Below, in pieces: positions 1 to 8,668 of a stretch of DNA of 64,000 nt; position 1 is the stretch's first letter, and every line of letters begins with the position of its first letter. The notes beneath the pieces were generated by a model. That model saw nothing but the letters and a program-made list of their open reading frames with translations. It was not told the origin of the DNA and did no database searches. The translations under genes were made by a program, and so were the position numbers. Location: assembly GCA_011364925.1 (NCBI GenBank), contig RDOA01000007.1:1-64000 (forward strand), read 5' to 3'. The stretch comes from Promethearchaeota archaeon (lineage in GTDB: Archaea > Asgardarchaeota > Lokiarchaeia > Sigyniarchaeales > SOKP01).

Positions 1-2
1 CA

Positions 3-209
3 ATAATAGCTTTATTTGGAAAGAGATTCGGGGTTTACTTCATGTTAATCTTCGGGATTATCGCAACTGCAGGCATGTTTATCCCAATTGGGAGCTATTT
101 AATGGCATATATACCTAATACTGTCTTTTTAAATTTTTCGTGGTACATTGTAGATCCAATCATACTTTTACTTGGCGGGATTTTAGGAGTAGCTTTTAAA
201 GAATTATAG
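3..209 (+). CDS. 3' end of a membrane protein (truncated by window start)
   Basis: Open frame 3 (IIALFGKRFGVYFMLIFGIIATAGMFIPIG...DPIILLLGGILGVAFKEL) ending at TAG 207-209; hydrophobic. Confidence 0.7.
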   Translation: MIALFGKRFGVYFMLIFGIIATAGMFIPIGSYLMAYIPNTVFLNFSWYIVDPIILLLGGILGVAFKEL

Positions 210-274
210 GCTCACTGAGCTACCATTTTTTTATTATTAATTGTTTCTTACATCAAAGATCAGTTCTTAAAATG

Positions 275-1090
275 TTAGGTTTCTTTCAAACCCTTAACCG
301 GTTTTCTAGAGCGAGGGGGACAACGCTTATGAGTAATATTAGGATAACCAATTACAAATGCCCCCATATGTTTTCCTCTTATCCCTGCTAATTTCATCAC
401 TTTCTTACTCTCTAAACATGCGATCTGCGTCCAACCGTTCCAACAAGTCCCTAAGCCTAGCGATTGAGCTGCTAATCTTCCATACGTAATTATTATTCCT
501 ATGTTATGGTCCGCAAGCTGCATGTCTAGCATTGAATATACGAATATAACGTGTGGAGCATCAAGAAATACAGGAATCTCGTAACGCTTTTTTAATATGC
601 CAAAGCTTTCTTCGTATTGATCTCTCATACCTGGATTCTGCATCAAAGTTTCAATTACAGCGTCAGAAATAGCCTTCAATTTTTCGCGATCCGAAATCAC
701 TACATATTTTTCGAGTCTTAAATTACTACCGGTAGGAGCATACTGCATCAGATCCAGTACTTTCATTAAAATTTCTTTAGGAACTTCTTTTTTTTTGAAA
801 TGGCGAATCGATCGATGCGCTCTTATAAATTTATACAAGTTATCGTACGGTACGATCTTTTCTAATTGATCTATACCGTCAAAAGTAAAAGCCTCGTCTC
901 CGAAATCCTCGTATAAGATTGCGTCTTCGGGACATACAGCAATACAATGCCCACATAAACTACACGTATTGTCAATATCTTCAAAAAATACTCTATTTTC
1001 CGACTCGTTTATAAAATACCTTCTTGGGCACTCTATCATACACATACGGCAACCAGTGCATTTATCATAATCTACTCCAATAATTGGCAT
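275..1090 (-). CDS. Nitroreductase-family protein with N-terminal 2x[4Fe-4S] ferredoxin domain
   Basis: CTGCRMCMIECP and CSLCGHCIAVCP, then HRSIRHF, APTGSN and SLGLGTCW; start placed at ATG 1090 (MPIIGVD) to avoid overlap with the divergent gene. Confidence 0.9.
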   Translation of the reverse strand: MPIIGVDYDKCTGCRMCMIECPRRYFINESENRVFFEDIDNTCSLCGHCIAVCPEDAILYEDFGDEAFTFDGIDQLEKIVPYDNLYKFIRAHRSIRHFKKKEVPKEILMKVLDLMQYAPTGSNLRLEKYVVISDREKLKAISDAVIETLMQNPGMRDQYEESFGILKKRYEIPVFLDAPHVIFVYSMLDMQLADHNIGIIITYGRLAAQSLGLGTCWNGWTQIACLESKKVMKLAGIRGKHMGAFVIGYPNITHKRCPPRSRKPVKGLKET

Positions 1091-1199
1091 AACAATTCCT
1101 CTAATGCAAATTCTGTTAATACTATTTGTTTGTTTAATATAAATATGTATCGAAAGTTGAATAGGAATGGTTTTTAAATCAACAAAAAATATCCAATTC

Positions 1200-2309
1200 A
1201 TGATTAACGAATTTTACGAAAGATTAGCCAAATTAGCTGTAAATTACGCTGTAGAAGTGAAGAAAGGACAGAGGGTTGCGGTTACTGGACCTTCTATAGC
1301 CGAAGAACTTTTTCAAGCTGTTTATGTGGAGATACTAAAAGCTGGTGGTCATCCCCTTATAGTTCCGATAATTGAAGGATTAGACGAACTGCTCTATAAA
1401 TACGGCTCAGAGGAACAATTAGAGTTTGTAGATGATATCAAAAAGATAGTCATTAATGAATTTGATTGTTATATCAATATATTTGGAGATTATAATCGGA
1501 AAAAACTCTCAGTAGTCGACCCTAAATTAATCGCAAAAGTACGAGGTTCACCTGCTAACCGAGAGTTAACAAGGGTTTATATGGAGAGATCTGCTACTAA
1601 GGACTTGAAATGGGTCATTATTCCTTTTCCGTGTCATTCGTTTGCACAGGAAGCAAACATGGATTTGTTTGCTTATTCGAAATTTGTTCAGAAGGCGCTG
1701 CTCCTTGATCGTGAAGATCCAGTTAGAGAATGGAAGGAAATTGAGAAGAAGCAAGATAGTATAGTTAACTATTTAGAAAATGTTGATGTTATTCAGGTTT
1801 TAGGGGAAGATACAGACCTAACTCTTTCAGTGAAAGGAAGAAAATGGGAGAACTGTTGTGGACACGTAAATTTACCTGATGGAGAGGTGGCTACGTGTCC
1901 AATAGAGGATAGTGTGAATGGAAACATAAGGTTCACATATCCAGGGATTTATTCAGGAAAAGAAGTAGAAAATATCTATTTAGAGTTTGAAAACGGTAAG
2001 GTTACAAACGCAACGGCAAAAAAAGCTGAAGATCTCCTCCAAGAATTAATTACTATTAAAAATGCTGATATTCTTGGTGAATTTGCTATTGGAACGAATT
2101 ATGGAATAACTAAATTTACGAAGAATATGCTTTTTGACGAAAAAATGGGCGGAACTATACACCTTGCTCTTGGAGCGGGATTCCCAGAACTGGGATCAAA
2201 GAATCAAAGCGCTATTCATTGGGACATACTCAAAGATATGACTCTCCCTGGATCGAAGATTATCGCTGACGGTAAAATTATATACCAAGAAGGGCAGTGG
2301 AAAATTTAA
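1200..2309 (+). CDS. Aminopeptidase, M29 family (AmpS/AmpT-like)
   Basis: NLPDGEV, LGEFAIGTN, LFDEKMGGTIHLALG and SAIHWD motifs. Confidence 0.92.
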   Translation: MINEFYERLAKLAVNYAVEVKKGQRVAVTGPSIAEELFQAVYVEILKAGGHPLIVPIIEGLDELLYKYGSEEQLEFVDDIKKIVINEFDCYINIFGDYNRKKLSVVDPKLIAKVRGSPANRELTRVYMERSATKDLKWVIIPFPCHSFAQEANMDLFAYSKFVQKALLLDREDPVREWKEIEKKQDSIVNYLENVDVIQVLGEDTDLTLSVKGRKWENCCGHVNLPDGEVATCPIEDSVNGNIRFTYPGIYSGKEVENIYLEFENGKVTNATAKKAEDLLQELITIKNADILGEFAIGTNYGITKFTKNMLFDEKMGGTIHLALGAGFPELGSKNQSAIHWDILKDMTLPGSKIIADGKIIYQEGQWKI

Positions 2310-2339
2310 GCAACTACTTTTTTTTTCTTTTCTATTCTA

Positions 2340-3329
2340 ATGACTCAATTAGATGAAAATCCAGTAGAATCACCAAAGAGATTTTTAAGCATAGATGTCT
2401 TTAAAGGATTAGCTGTTCTTTTAATGGTGTTTGTTAACAGCATTCAAAATTATAACGATATACCATCGTGGACAAAGCACGCAGGAGATTATGGTCTGAC
2501 CTATGTTGATTTAGTTGCCCCGTTTTTTGTTTTTATGTTAGCACTTAATTTGAACATTTCTTACAACCGGCGTGTAAAAAAAGTTGGAAAGAAAAGAGCT
2601 TTACTGAGATATTTGCGCAGATATTTAATTCTTATAGGTATTGGATTAATTCTAATGATTTATATTGATGAACATCATTTTTATCTTCGCTGGGGTACGC
2701 TTCAAGTATTGGGTGTCTCGGGGTTAATGTTATTGCCTCTTGTTAATCTAAAAACCTATATCAAGCTAATTTTTGCTGTTGTCTTTATGTGTATACATCA
2801 ATTGCTACTTTTTACTCCAATGCAGAGCGTGATTTACAATTCTATTGAGGGAGGATTTTTCGGTCTCTTTTCGTGGGGATCAATGATGGTTTTATCCTCA
2901 GTTTTAGGAGATGGTTTAAAAAAAGGAAAAGAATATGTGGTCCGTTATTTTTTGTATGGAGGATTAATATGCTTCATTATTGGAATCGCACTTTCTTTTT
3001 TTCAAGGAATCAGCAGACCTTATATTTCAATACCCTACATTTTAATTTCTGTGGGAATAGCATCAATGTTTTATTGTTTTTTATATTTTTTATACGAGCA
3101 ATGGGGAACAAGATTTAGATTTGTTATAAATGAAAGAATTTTCAGTGCTATTGGAAGAAATGCGTTTATTTTCTTTATAATTCATCTATTGATCGTATAT
3201 TCCATTTTTACATTTTTTCCGCCCGAAACTCCAAACTTTATTATTATTCCCTTAGCCATCGGACATGCTGTTTTTGTCTGGATTTTGGCATACCTCATGA
3301 GTAAATACGAAATATATATTGTCATATAA
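2340..3329 (+). CDS. Membrane acyltransferase-like protein (heparan-alpha-glucosaminide N-acetyltransferase/DUF1624 family)
   Basis: RFLSIDVFKGLAVLLMVFVN, DLVAPFFVF and GTLQVLG; multiple TM helices. Confidence 0.8.
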   Translation: MTQLDENPVESPKRFLSIDVFKGLAVLLMVFVNSIQNYNDIPSWTKHAGDYGLTYVDLVAPFFVFMLALNLNISYNRRVKKVGKKRALLRYLRRYLILIGIGLILMIYIDEHHFYLRWGTLQVLGVSGLMLLPLVNLKTYIKLIFAVVFMCIHQLLLFTPMQSVIYNSIEGGFFGLFSWGSMMVLSSVLGDGLKKGKEYVVRYFLYGGLICFIIGIALSFFQGISRPYISIPYILISVGIASMFYCFLYFLYEQWGTRFRFVINERIFSAIGRNAFIFFIIHLLIVYSIFTFFPPETPNFIIIPLAIGHAVFVWILAYLMSKYEIYIVI

Positions 3330-3437
3330 TAATATCGAATTTCGTGTCAAATGATGGTATTCGATGGTAAAGCTTAAAATATAAAATTGCATACTGTTAA
3401 TTGTACTTTTTTGTATGATGCAATCGAGGGTGGTAAT

Positions 3438-3752
3438 GTGAATCTTTTAGAAAGACAGGTTTTAATGTTTGAAATTGATGAAGAAAATGAAAATTTCAAG
3501 GAAATTGAAGATAAAGATGTGCCGACTGAAGAGTTGTTAAATTCTTCTTCAATTATTATAATCGTCGACCCATTAGATAATGTTATCTGGATTTGGGAAG
3601 GAAAGAAAGCAGGGATTAGAAAGAAATTTATCGCAACTCAAAGTGCACCTAAAATCCGAGACAGCTATGGCATCGATTTCAAAATTATGACAGTAGACGA
3701 GGGAGACGAACCTCCCGAATTCAAAGAAATAGTTGGTTTAGAAGAAAATTAA
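3438..3752 (+). CDS. Single-domain gelsolin-like protein
   Basis: LLNSSSIIIIVD...IWIWEGKKA...VDEGDEPPEF matches the gelsolin repeat pattern; GTG 3438 follows SD-like GAGGGTGG (ATG 3465 is an alternative). Confidence 0.85.
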   Translation: MNLLERQVLMFEIDEENENFKEIEDKDVPTEELLNSSSIIIIVDPLDNVIWIWEGKKAGIRKKFIATQSAPKIRDSYGIDFKIMTVDEGDEPPEFKEIVGLEEN

Positions 3753-3785
3753 CACGAAAAAATTCGTGAAATCTATCTTTCACGA
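3753..3785. terminator. Overlapping inverted repeats between convergent genes; possible bidirectional terminator
   Basis: CACGAA-AAAA-TTCGTG (3753-3768) and TCGTGAAA-TCTATC-TTTCACGA (3764-3785) fill the 38-bp gap. Confidence 0.35.
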
Positions 3786-3790
3786 TCGTT

Positions 3791-4828
3791 TTACTTTAAT
3801 TCGTTATATAGCGTTTCTGCTATGGCGTAGAACGCTTCTTCAACATTTTCGCCCGTTAAAGCTGAAGTTTCAATATAACCCAAATTAAGGTATCGTGCAA
3901 GATCAGATCCCTTCTCTGAGATAGTCTCAGAACCTGGAGCTAAATCTCTTTTATTCCCAATGATAAAACCAGTCAAAATAGGTCTATCTTTCAACTGATT
4001 TTGAATATCATAAAACCAATTTGAAACACTTTCAAAGGAACTTGGTTTAGACAAATCGAATATAAGAAATAAACCATCAGATCCTAAATAAAATTGTTGT
4101 CTCATAGTTTGGAATTTTTGTTGCCCTGCTATATCCCAAAGTACTAGTTGAACGTAAGACTCCTTAACTTGAAAAATCTTATCGGAAACGTGCACGCCCA
4201 ACGTAGGGATATAATGTCGACGGAACGCGTTATTAGTGAATCTTAAAATAAGAGAAGATTTACCTACGGAAGGATCGCCGCAAATTATGATTTTAAATTT
4301 GTAATTAATTAAATTAGCATCTTTAATCATTTGATCAGGGAACGCTTTGGTGGTTTCTTCAGCAATTTCGGTTTTTTTCAATTCGTTTAATGATTGGGTG
4401 ATGGTGGCAGTGAGATCATCTAAAATATCAATGTAATTCTCTCTCACAGCTTTTAATTTCTGCAATTCAGAAATCTTTTCAGCCACTTCTTCAAAAGGAG
4501 TTTCAAAATAATTCAAGTATTTGTAGAAAATGACATCGTCAGACTCTCTAAACAAGAGAGTTATTGCCCCAAGGCCTATTCCTCCGCGCCTTGATGCTTC
4601 CTCCCATTTTACATACTTTATCAATCCCTTTAAATTTAACGATGGGAAAGGAAGAATAACTAAAGAATCTGGAATTAAACCGCTTTCTCCGCTTAATACG
4701 GTAATCGTTTTAACACTGATATGAAGTCTACTCGATTGAGGTATTTCACCTAGCCATACAAGCGGATGTGGGCCAACTTCTTCGTCCAATTCCGTGTATA
4801 ATATGCCTTCTATTAACTCAGCTTCCAT
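3791..4828 (-). CDS. uDENN/longin-like domain fused to a Rab-like small GTPase
   Basis: GDPSVGKS, YIPTLGV, WDIAGQ, NKRD and ETSAL; ~170-aa N-terminal domain beginning ILYTELDEEVGP; paralog of 38587..39630. Confidence 0.88.
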   Translation of the reverse strand: MEAELIEGILYTELDEEVGPHPLVWLGEIPQSSRLHISVKTITVLSGESGLIPDSLVILPFPSLNLKGLIKYVKWEEASRRGGIGLGAITLLFRESDDVIFYKYLNYFETPFEEVAEKISELQKLKAVRENYIDILDDLTATITQSLNELKKTEIAEETTKAFPDQMIKDANLINYKFKIIICGDPSVGKSSLILRFTNNAFRRHYIPTLGVHVSDKIFQVKESYVQLVLWDIAGQQKFQTMRQQFYLGSDGLFLIFDLSKPSSFESVSNWFYDIQNQLKDRPILTGFIIGNKRDLAPGSETISEKGSDLARYLNLGYIETSALTGENVEEAFYAIAETLYNELK

Positions 4829-4963
4829 AATGTTACGATTTTAGATTATTGTAATTATTGAAAAGTTCTTAATAATAGTATGTTGTAAAAATATAAATAT
4901 TAACGCTTTTTGGAACGAATAAATCTTAAATCACCCTTTACTATTTAAACCCTAGGGATAATA

Positions 4964-5064
4964 TGGGAAAGGGGGGATTTGAACCCCCGACCTCTCAGTT
5001 CCGAACCGAGATTAACGCTAAAACAGGCAAGTTTTAGTATCATTCCAAGCTAGACTACCTTCCC
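4964..5064 (-). tRNA. tRNA-Pro(CGG) with 27-nt intron at non-canonical position 25/26
   Basis: Acceptor GGGAAGG/CTTTCCC-A, D-arm GTCT-AGCTTGGAA-TGAT, anticodon arm CTCGG-TTCGGAA-CTGAG, T-arm GGGGG-TTCAAAT-CCCCC; intron 5012..5038 bounded by a bulge-helix-bulge; CCA not encoded. Confidence 0.92.
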
Positions 5065-5109
5065 AATTTATTATTGGTAGCACGGAACAAAGAATAATAA
5101 CATGAATAA

Positions 5110-5391
5110 TTAATCCTTTACATTTTCTAATAAGGAAATTATTCGGTATATTGTGGTCCGAGAATGAAAGGGAATATTTGCATCTTGAGATAAATCTGTG
5201 ATCATATACATAACATTACTCGCAAGAACCGCTGGAGTATCATCTTCGCGTTGTAACTCATCAATGCCCCGCTGGGCAACGCGTTTTATATTTCTAGGAA
5301 CGCCTCGATCTTTTATCATACCATTTAATAAGAGTTCAACTTTTTGAAAGGCATCAAGTATTTCCTCTGTAAATTCTTTACCTCTCGGCAA
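5110..5391 (-). CDS. UPF0147 family protein
   Basis: DRGVPRNIKR...QDANIPFHSRTTIYRIISLLE; TTG start after GAGGTGG. Confidence 0.85.
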   Translation of the reverse strand: MPRGKEFTEEILDAFQKVELLLNGMIKDRGVPRNIKRVAQRGIDELQREDDTPAVLASNVMYMITDLSQDANIPFHSRTTIYRIISLLENVKD

Positions 5392-5543
5392 TAATATCCC
5401 ACCTCACTATTTAATGTAATGAAAAATTAATACTTAATCACTGTGACTTGATGTTTTTGAATATTCATTGAAATTTAATTTTTTGTATTTTTTAAGTATT
5501 AGAAAATAAACCATATGAAAAGAGAAAATCTCAAATTAAAAAT

Positions 5544-8459
5544 TTAAAAAATTCCAAATTCACGAATTAAGTTTGTTAATTTGGGGATTTCGTTCTCAAA
5601 ATCCGAGATTTTTTCGTAGTATTTGTTGTATAGTTCAACAAACGCTACATGTTCTGTTTGATCTAGGTCTTTAACAAAATTATACGAAATTTCAGAGATG
5701 TCTTTAAAGAAGGTGTTAAAATTTTCAGTGACCTCTAATAACTTGCTTTCTACTTCCTTTCCTTGTTTTCTTACCTTATTTCTTAATTTTCCGCGTGGAA
5801 TTCTAATAGTTTCTATGAGATTATCGCACTTGTCTAAAAATTTATAGGTATTCACTTTGTTATCTTCTGACAATTTTGACTCTATAATTTCAGTACGCCA
5901 AGTATTAATTCTTCCGCGAGCAAAAGTATCAAAATTGAGGGAGATCGAATCAATTCCCTCTCTTACTAAGAACCGTAGAAACTCAGGGTCGTCACTCGGA
6001 GCTTGTCCGCAAATTCCAACTTTCTTGCTTCGATCGTGGGCAGTTTTAATTAGGTGACTGACTGATCTTCTAATTGATTCGCTATTCGTATTGTAGTTGT
6101 AATTGTTCATTAAAGGAATCATTTTTTCGTTGTCTCGACCAACTCCGTACGTCAATTGAGTTAAGTCGTTACTTCCAATACTAAATCCATCGAAATAATC
6201 GCAGAAAATATCGGCACATATTATATTGGAAGGAATTTCTGCCATGACATAGACTTTAAGCCCGTTTTCACCTCTAATTAGACCTTCGCTTTCCATAATC
6301 TCTATTATTCGTTTAGCTTCTTCTGGACTTCTGCAGAACGGAAGCATAGGAATAATATTAGTTAAGCCCCATTCTCTCGCCATTTTAATAGCTTTCAATT
6401 CTAAAATAAACGCATCTTGAAATTCTTCGTGAACATAACGTGAACAACCTCGAAAACCTAACATTGGGTTATTTTCTTCTCCTTCATATATCCAGCCTCC
6501 AATCAGATTTGCATACTCATTGGTTTTGAAATCAGACATCCTAACTACACATTCAGCAATTTCTCCATCGGGTAACACCTTCCAAACGCCTGCGGCTATC
6601 GTTGCGATACCTTCTGCTAATTTTTCAACGTAATAATCCTCCTTATCGTCGTACCCCGTGGTAATTTCTCGGATCATATCAATAGTTTCTTTCAATTTTA
6701 GTATTTCTCGGTTAAATGGATCCTTATAATATAAATCGCTTTTTTTTATGTTCTCGATTTTTTTTCTGTGTTCGAGCAGGACGCTATGCCTCATAATCAA
6801 GGAATCAAATTCGATTAAAGCATTTGGGTGAATCCGTATCTCATCGTTAATTATAAATTCTAATCGCGCCAAACCTGTGCCATCAGGATATTTACCGGAC
6901 GAAAGGGCTCCCTTAGGTATTCCTAAATTAACCAAAACTTGAGTTTTTGTGTGTGGAAGTTGAGCAAATTCTATGGAGTCAAAATCGTATTCTACGTCTT
7001 TTAGAAAAATTCTCGGTTTTCCCTCACTACAGTCGATCGTAATGCTTTCAAGCCCGTCTCGTTGTTTTTCCTTTATCTTTTGTATAATATCATCTGCTCC
7101 AACAATTGAAGCAATGTTTAACTCTCGAGACACGATCGCTGCGTGACAAGTTGGACCTCCTTTCTCTGTAATGACTCCCCCTAAATTTTGCATGTAAGAA
7201 GTCCAATCAGGATTAGTTTCTTCTGTGATAAGAATGTCGCCTTCTTCTAATAAGTGTGCGTCATTAATAGATTCAATGATTTTAATTTTACCGTATCCAA
7301 TTCTACGACCTATAGCAGTGCCAGTATTTTCTATAAAAAGTCCATCCTCAGTGAGTTTTAAAGGATCCTCTAGTAGATAAAAAATGTCTTCAGTATCCCC
7401 CTTTTGTGAATGCACTGTTTCAGGTCGAGCTTGAACAATATACACTCTACCATCATTACCTAAAGCCCATTCGATGTCCATAGGACGGGCGTAGTGTTTT
7501 CGAATCTTGATGGCGTACTCTGCTAAAATTCTTACTTCATCTTCTGTTAAGCAAAATTGTTTTTGTTTTTCTGATTCAACAGGTAAAGTAACAGTTCCCC
7601 CTTTTTCAGTATCAAAGATCATCATTTGTTCCTTTTTAACCAGTTCACGACTAATTATTCTCAATTTGGGACCGTGTTTAAAAACAATAAACTCGTCTCC
7701 TTTTTCTGCTCCTTGGACAATAAGCTCTCCAAGACCAAAGGTACCACGAATCACTACTACGTTTGGATTTCCAGAATCGGGATCTTCGCTAAACATAACA
7801 CCAGATGATTTAACCCCTTGTAGCCCTCCTGCAATTTCTTGGACGCCCACGCTTAACTTGACTGTAAAATGATCGAAACCAGCCCTTTCTCGATACATAG
7901 TAGCTCTCGTCGTAAAAATGGAGGCCATATCTTTAAGAATGTATTCTAAAATCTGGTTTTCTCCCGAAATATTTAAGTGTGTATCTTGCTGTCCAGCGAA
8001 CGAGGCGTCTGGTAAATCTTCAGCAGTCGCAGAACTCCTAATTGCAAAAGTACTTTCAGCTCCAATTCGATCTAATAAGATATGGTATGCTTCTAAGATT
8101 TCATCAGCCAAACTATCGGGTATTTTTGCTTGTTCAATTACGTACCGGATATCAGCGCAAAATTTATCGACTTTTTGAATCGATTTTATATCTTCATGCT
8201 TAATTTCTTCAGCAATCTTATCAATATCTCGCTTTATATAATCTTTTAATGTTATTTCTTCATCTTTAATCCGAAAATAGTTTGTTTCCAAAATATAATC
8301 GTAAGCATTAGCTGTAACTGCAAAGCCTAAAGGCACAGGGATTCCAAAGGAAAGAAGCTCTCCTAAAGATGCGTTCTTCCCTCCAACGATACCTACATCG
8401 TGGGATCTTACATCATCGAAGAATTTAATGTAGCGGAACCGTGGTTTCTCTTCCTCCAT
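5544..8459 (-). CDS. ppsA: Phosphoenolpyruvate synthase (pyruvate,water dikinase)
   Basis: VGGKNASLGEL, RSSATAEDLPDASFAGQQDT, DIEWA, QARPETV, phospho-His GGPTCHAAIVSRE, ENNPMLGFRG and GFSIGSNDLTQL. Confidence 0.96.
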   Translation of the reverse strand: MEEEKPRFRYIKFFDDVRSHDVGIVGGKNASLGELLSFGIPVPLGFAVTANAYDYILETNYFRIKDEEITLKDYIKRDIDKIAEEIKHEDIKSIQKVDKFCADIRYVIEQAKIPDSLADEILEAYHILLDRIGAESTFAIRSSATAEDLPDASFAGQQDTHLNISGENQILEYILKDMASIFTTRATMYRERAGFDHFTVKLSVGVQEIAGGLQGVKSSGVMFSEDPDSGNPNVVVIRGTFGLGELIVQGAEKGDEFIVFKHGPKLRIISRELVKKEQMMIFDTEKGGTVTLPVESEKQKQFCLTEDEVRILAEYAIKIRKHYARPMDIEWALGNDGRVYIVQARPETVHSQKGDTEDIFYLLEDPLKLTEDGLFIENTGTAIGRRIGYGKIKIIESINDAHLLEEGDILITEETNPDWTSYMQNLGGVITEKGGPTCHAAIVSRELNIASIVGADDIIQKIKEKQRDGLESITIDCSEGKPRIFLKDVEYDFDSIEFAQLPHTKTQVLVNLGIPKGALSSGKYPDGTGLARLEFIINDEIRIHPNALIEFDSLIMRHSVLLEHRKKIENIKKSDLYYKDPFNREILKLKETIDMIREITTGYDDKEDYYVEKLAEGIATIAAGVWKVLPDGEIAECVVRMSDFKTNEYANLIGGWIYEGEENNPMLGFRGCSRYVHEEFQDAFILELKAIKMAREWGLTNIIPMLPFCRSPEEAKRIIEIMESEGLIRGENGLKVYVMAEIPSNIICADIFCDYFDGFSIGSNDLTQLTYGVGRDNEKMIPLMNNYNYNTNSESIRRSVSHLIKTAHDRSKKVGICGQAPSDDPEFLRFLVREGIDSISLNFDTFARGRINTWRTEIIESKLSEDNKVNTYKFLDKCDNLIETIRIPRGKLRNKVRKQGKEVESKLLEVTENFNTFFKDISEISYNFVKDLDQTEHVAFVELYNKYYEKISDFENEIPKLTNLIREFGIF

Positions 8460-8668
8460 CGTAAACTCACGAAAAAATTATTTTTTTTCTACTTCTTTTT
8501 TAAGTTTTTTAGGCTTAATAAAATTGTTAATTTATTTTTGAAACTATTCAAAGAATCAATATACCAGTCGTCTGGTCTTTCCACAAAAGTAAAAGATAAT
8601 TAAAATTTTAGATTTTGATAAATCATATATATAGATTTCATCATAAAGAAATAGGAATTTTTTTTCCC

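Noticed and set aside
1091-1201. N-terminal extensions of ORFs 275..1201 and 1167..2309
   Set aside because: They would overlap head-to-head across the divergent promoter; the recognisable domains begin at ATG 1090 and ATG 1200
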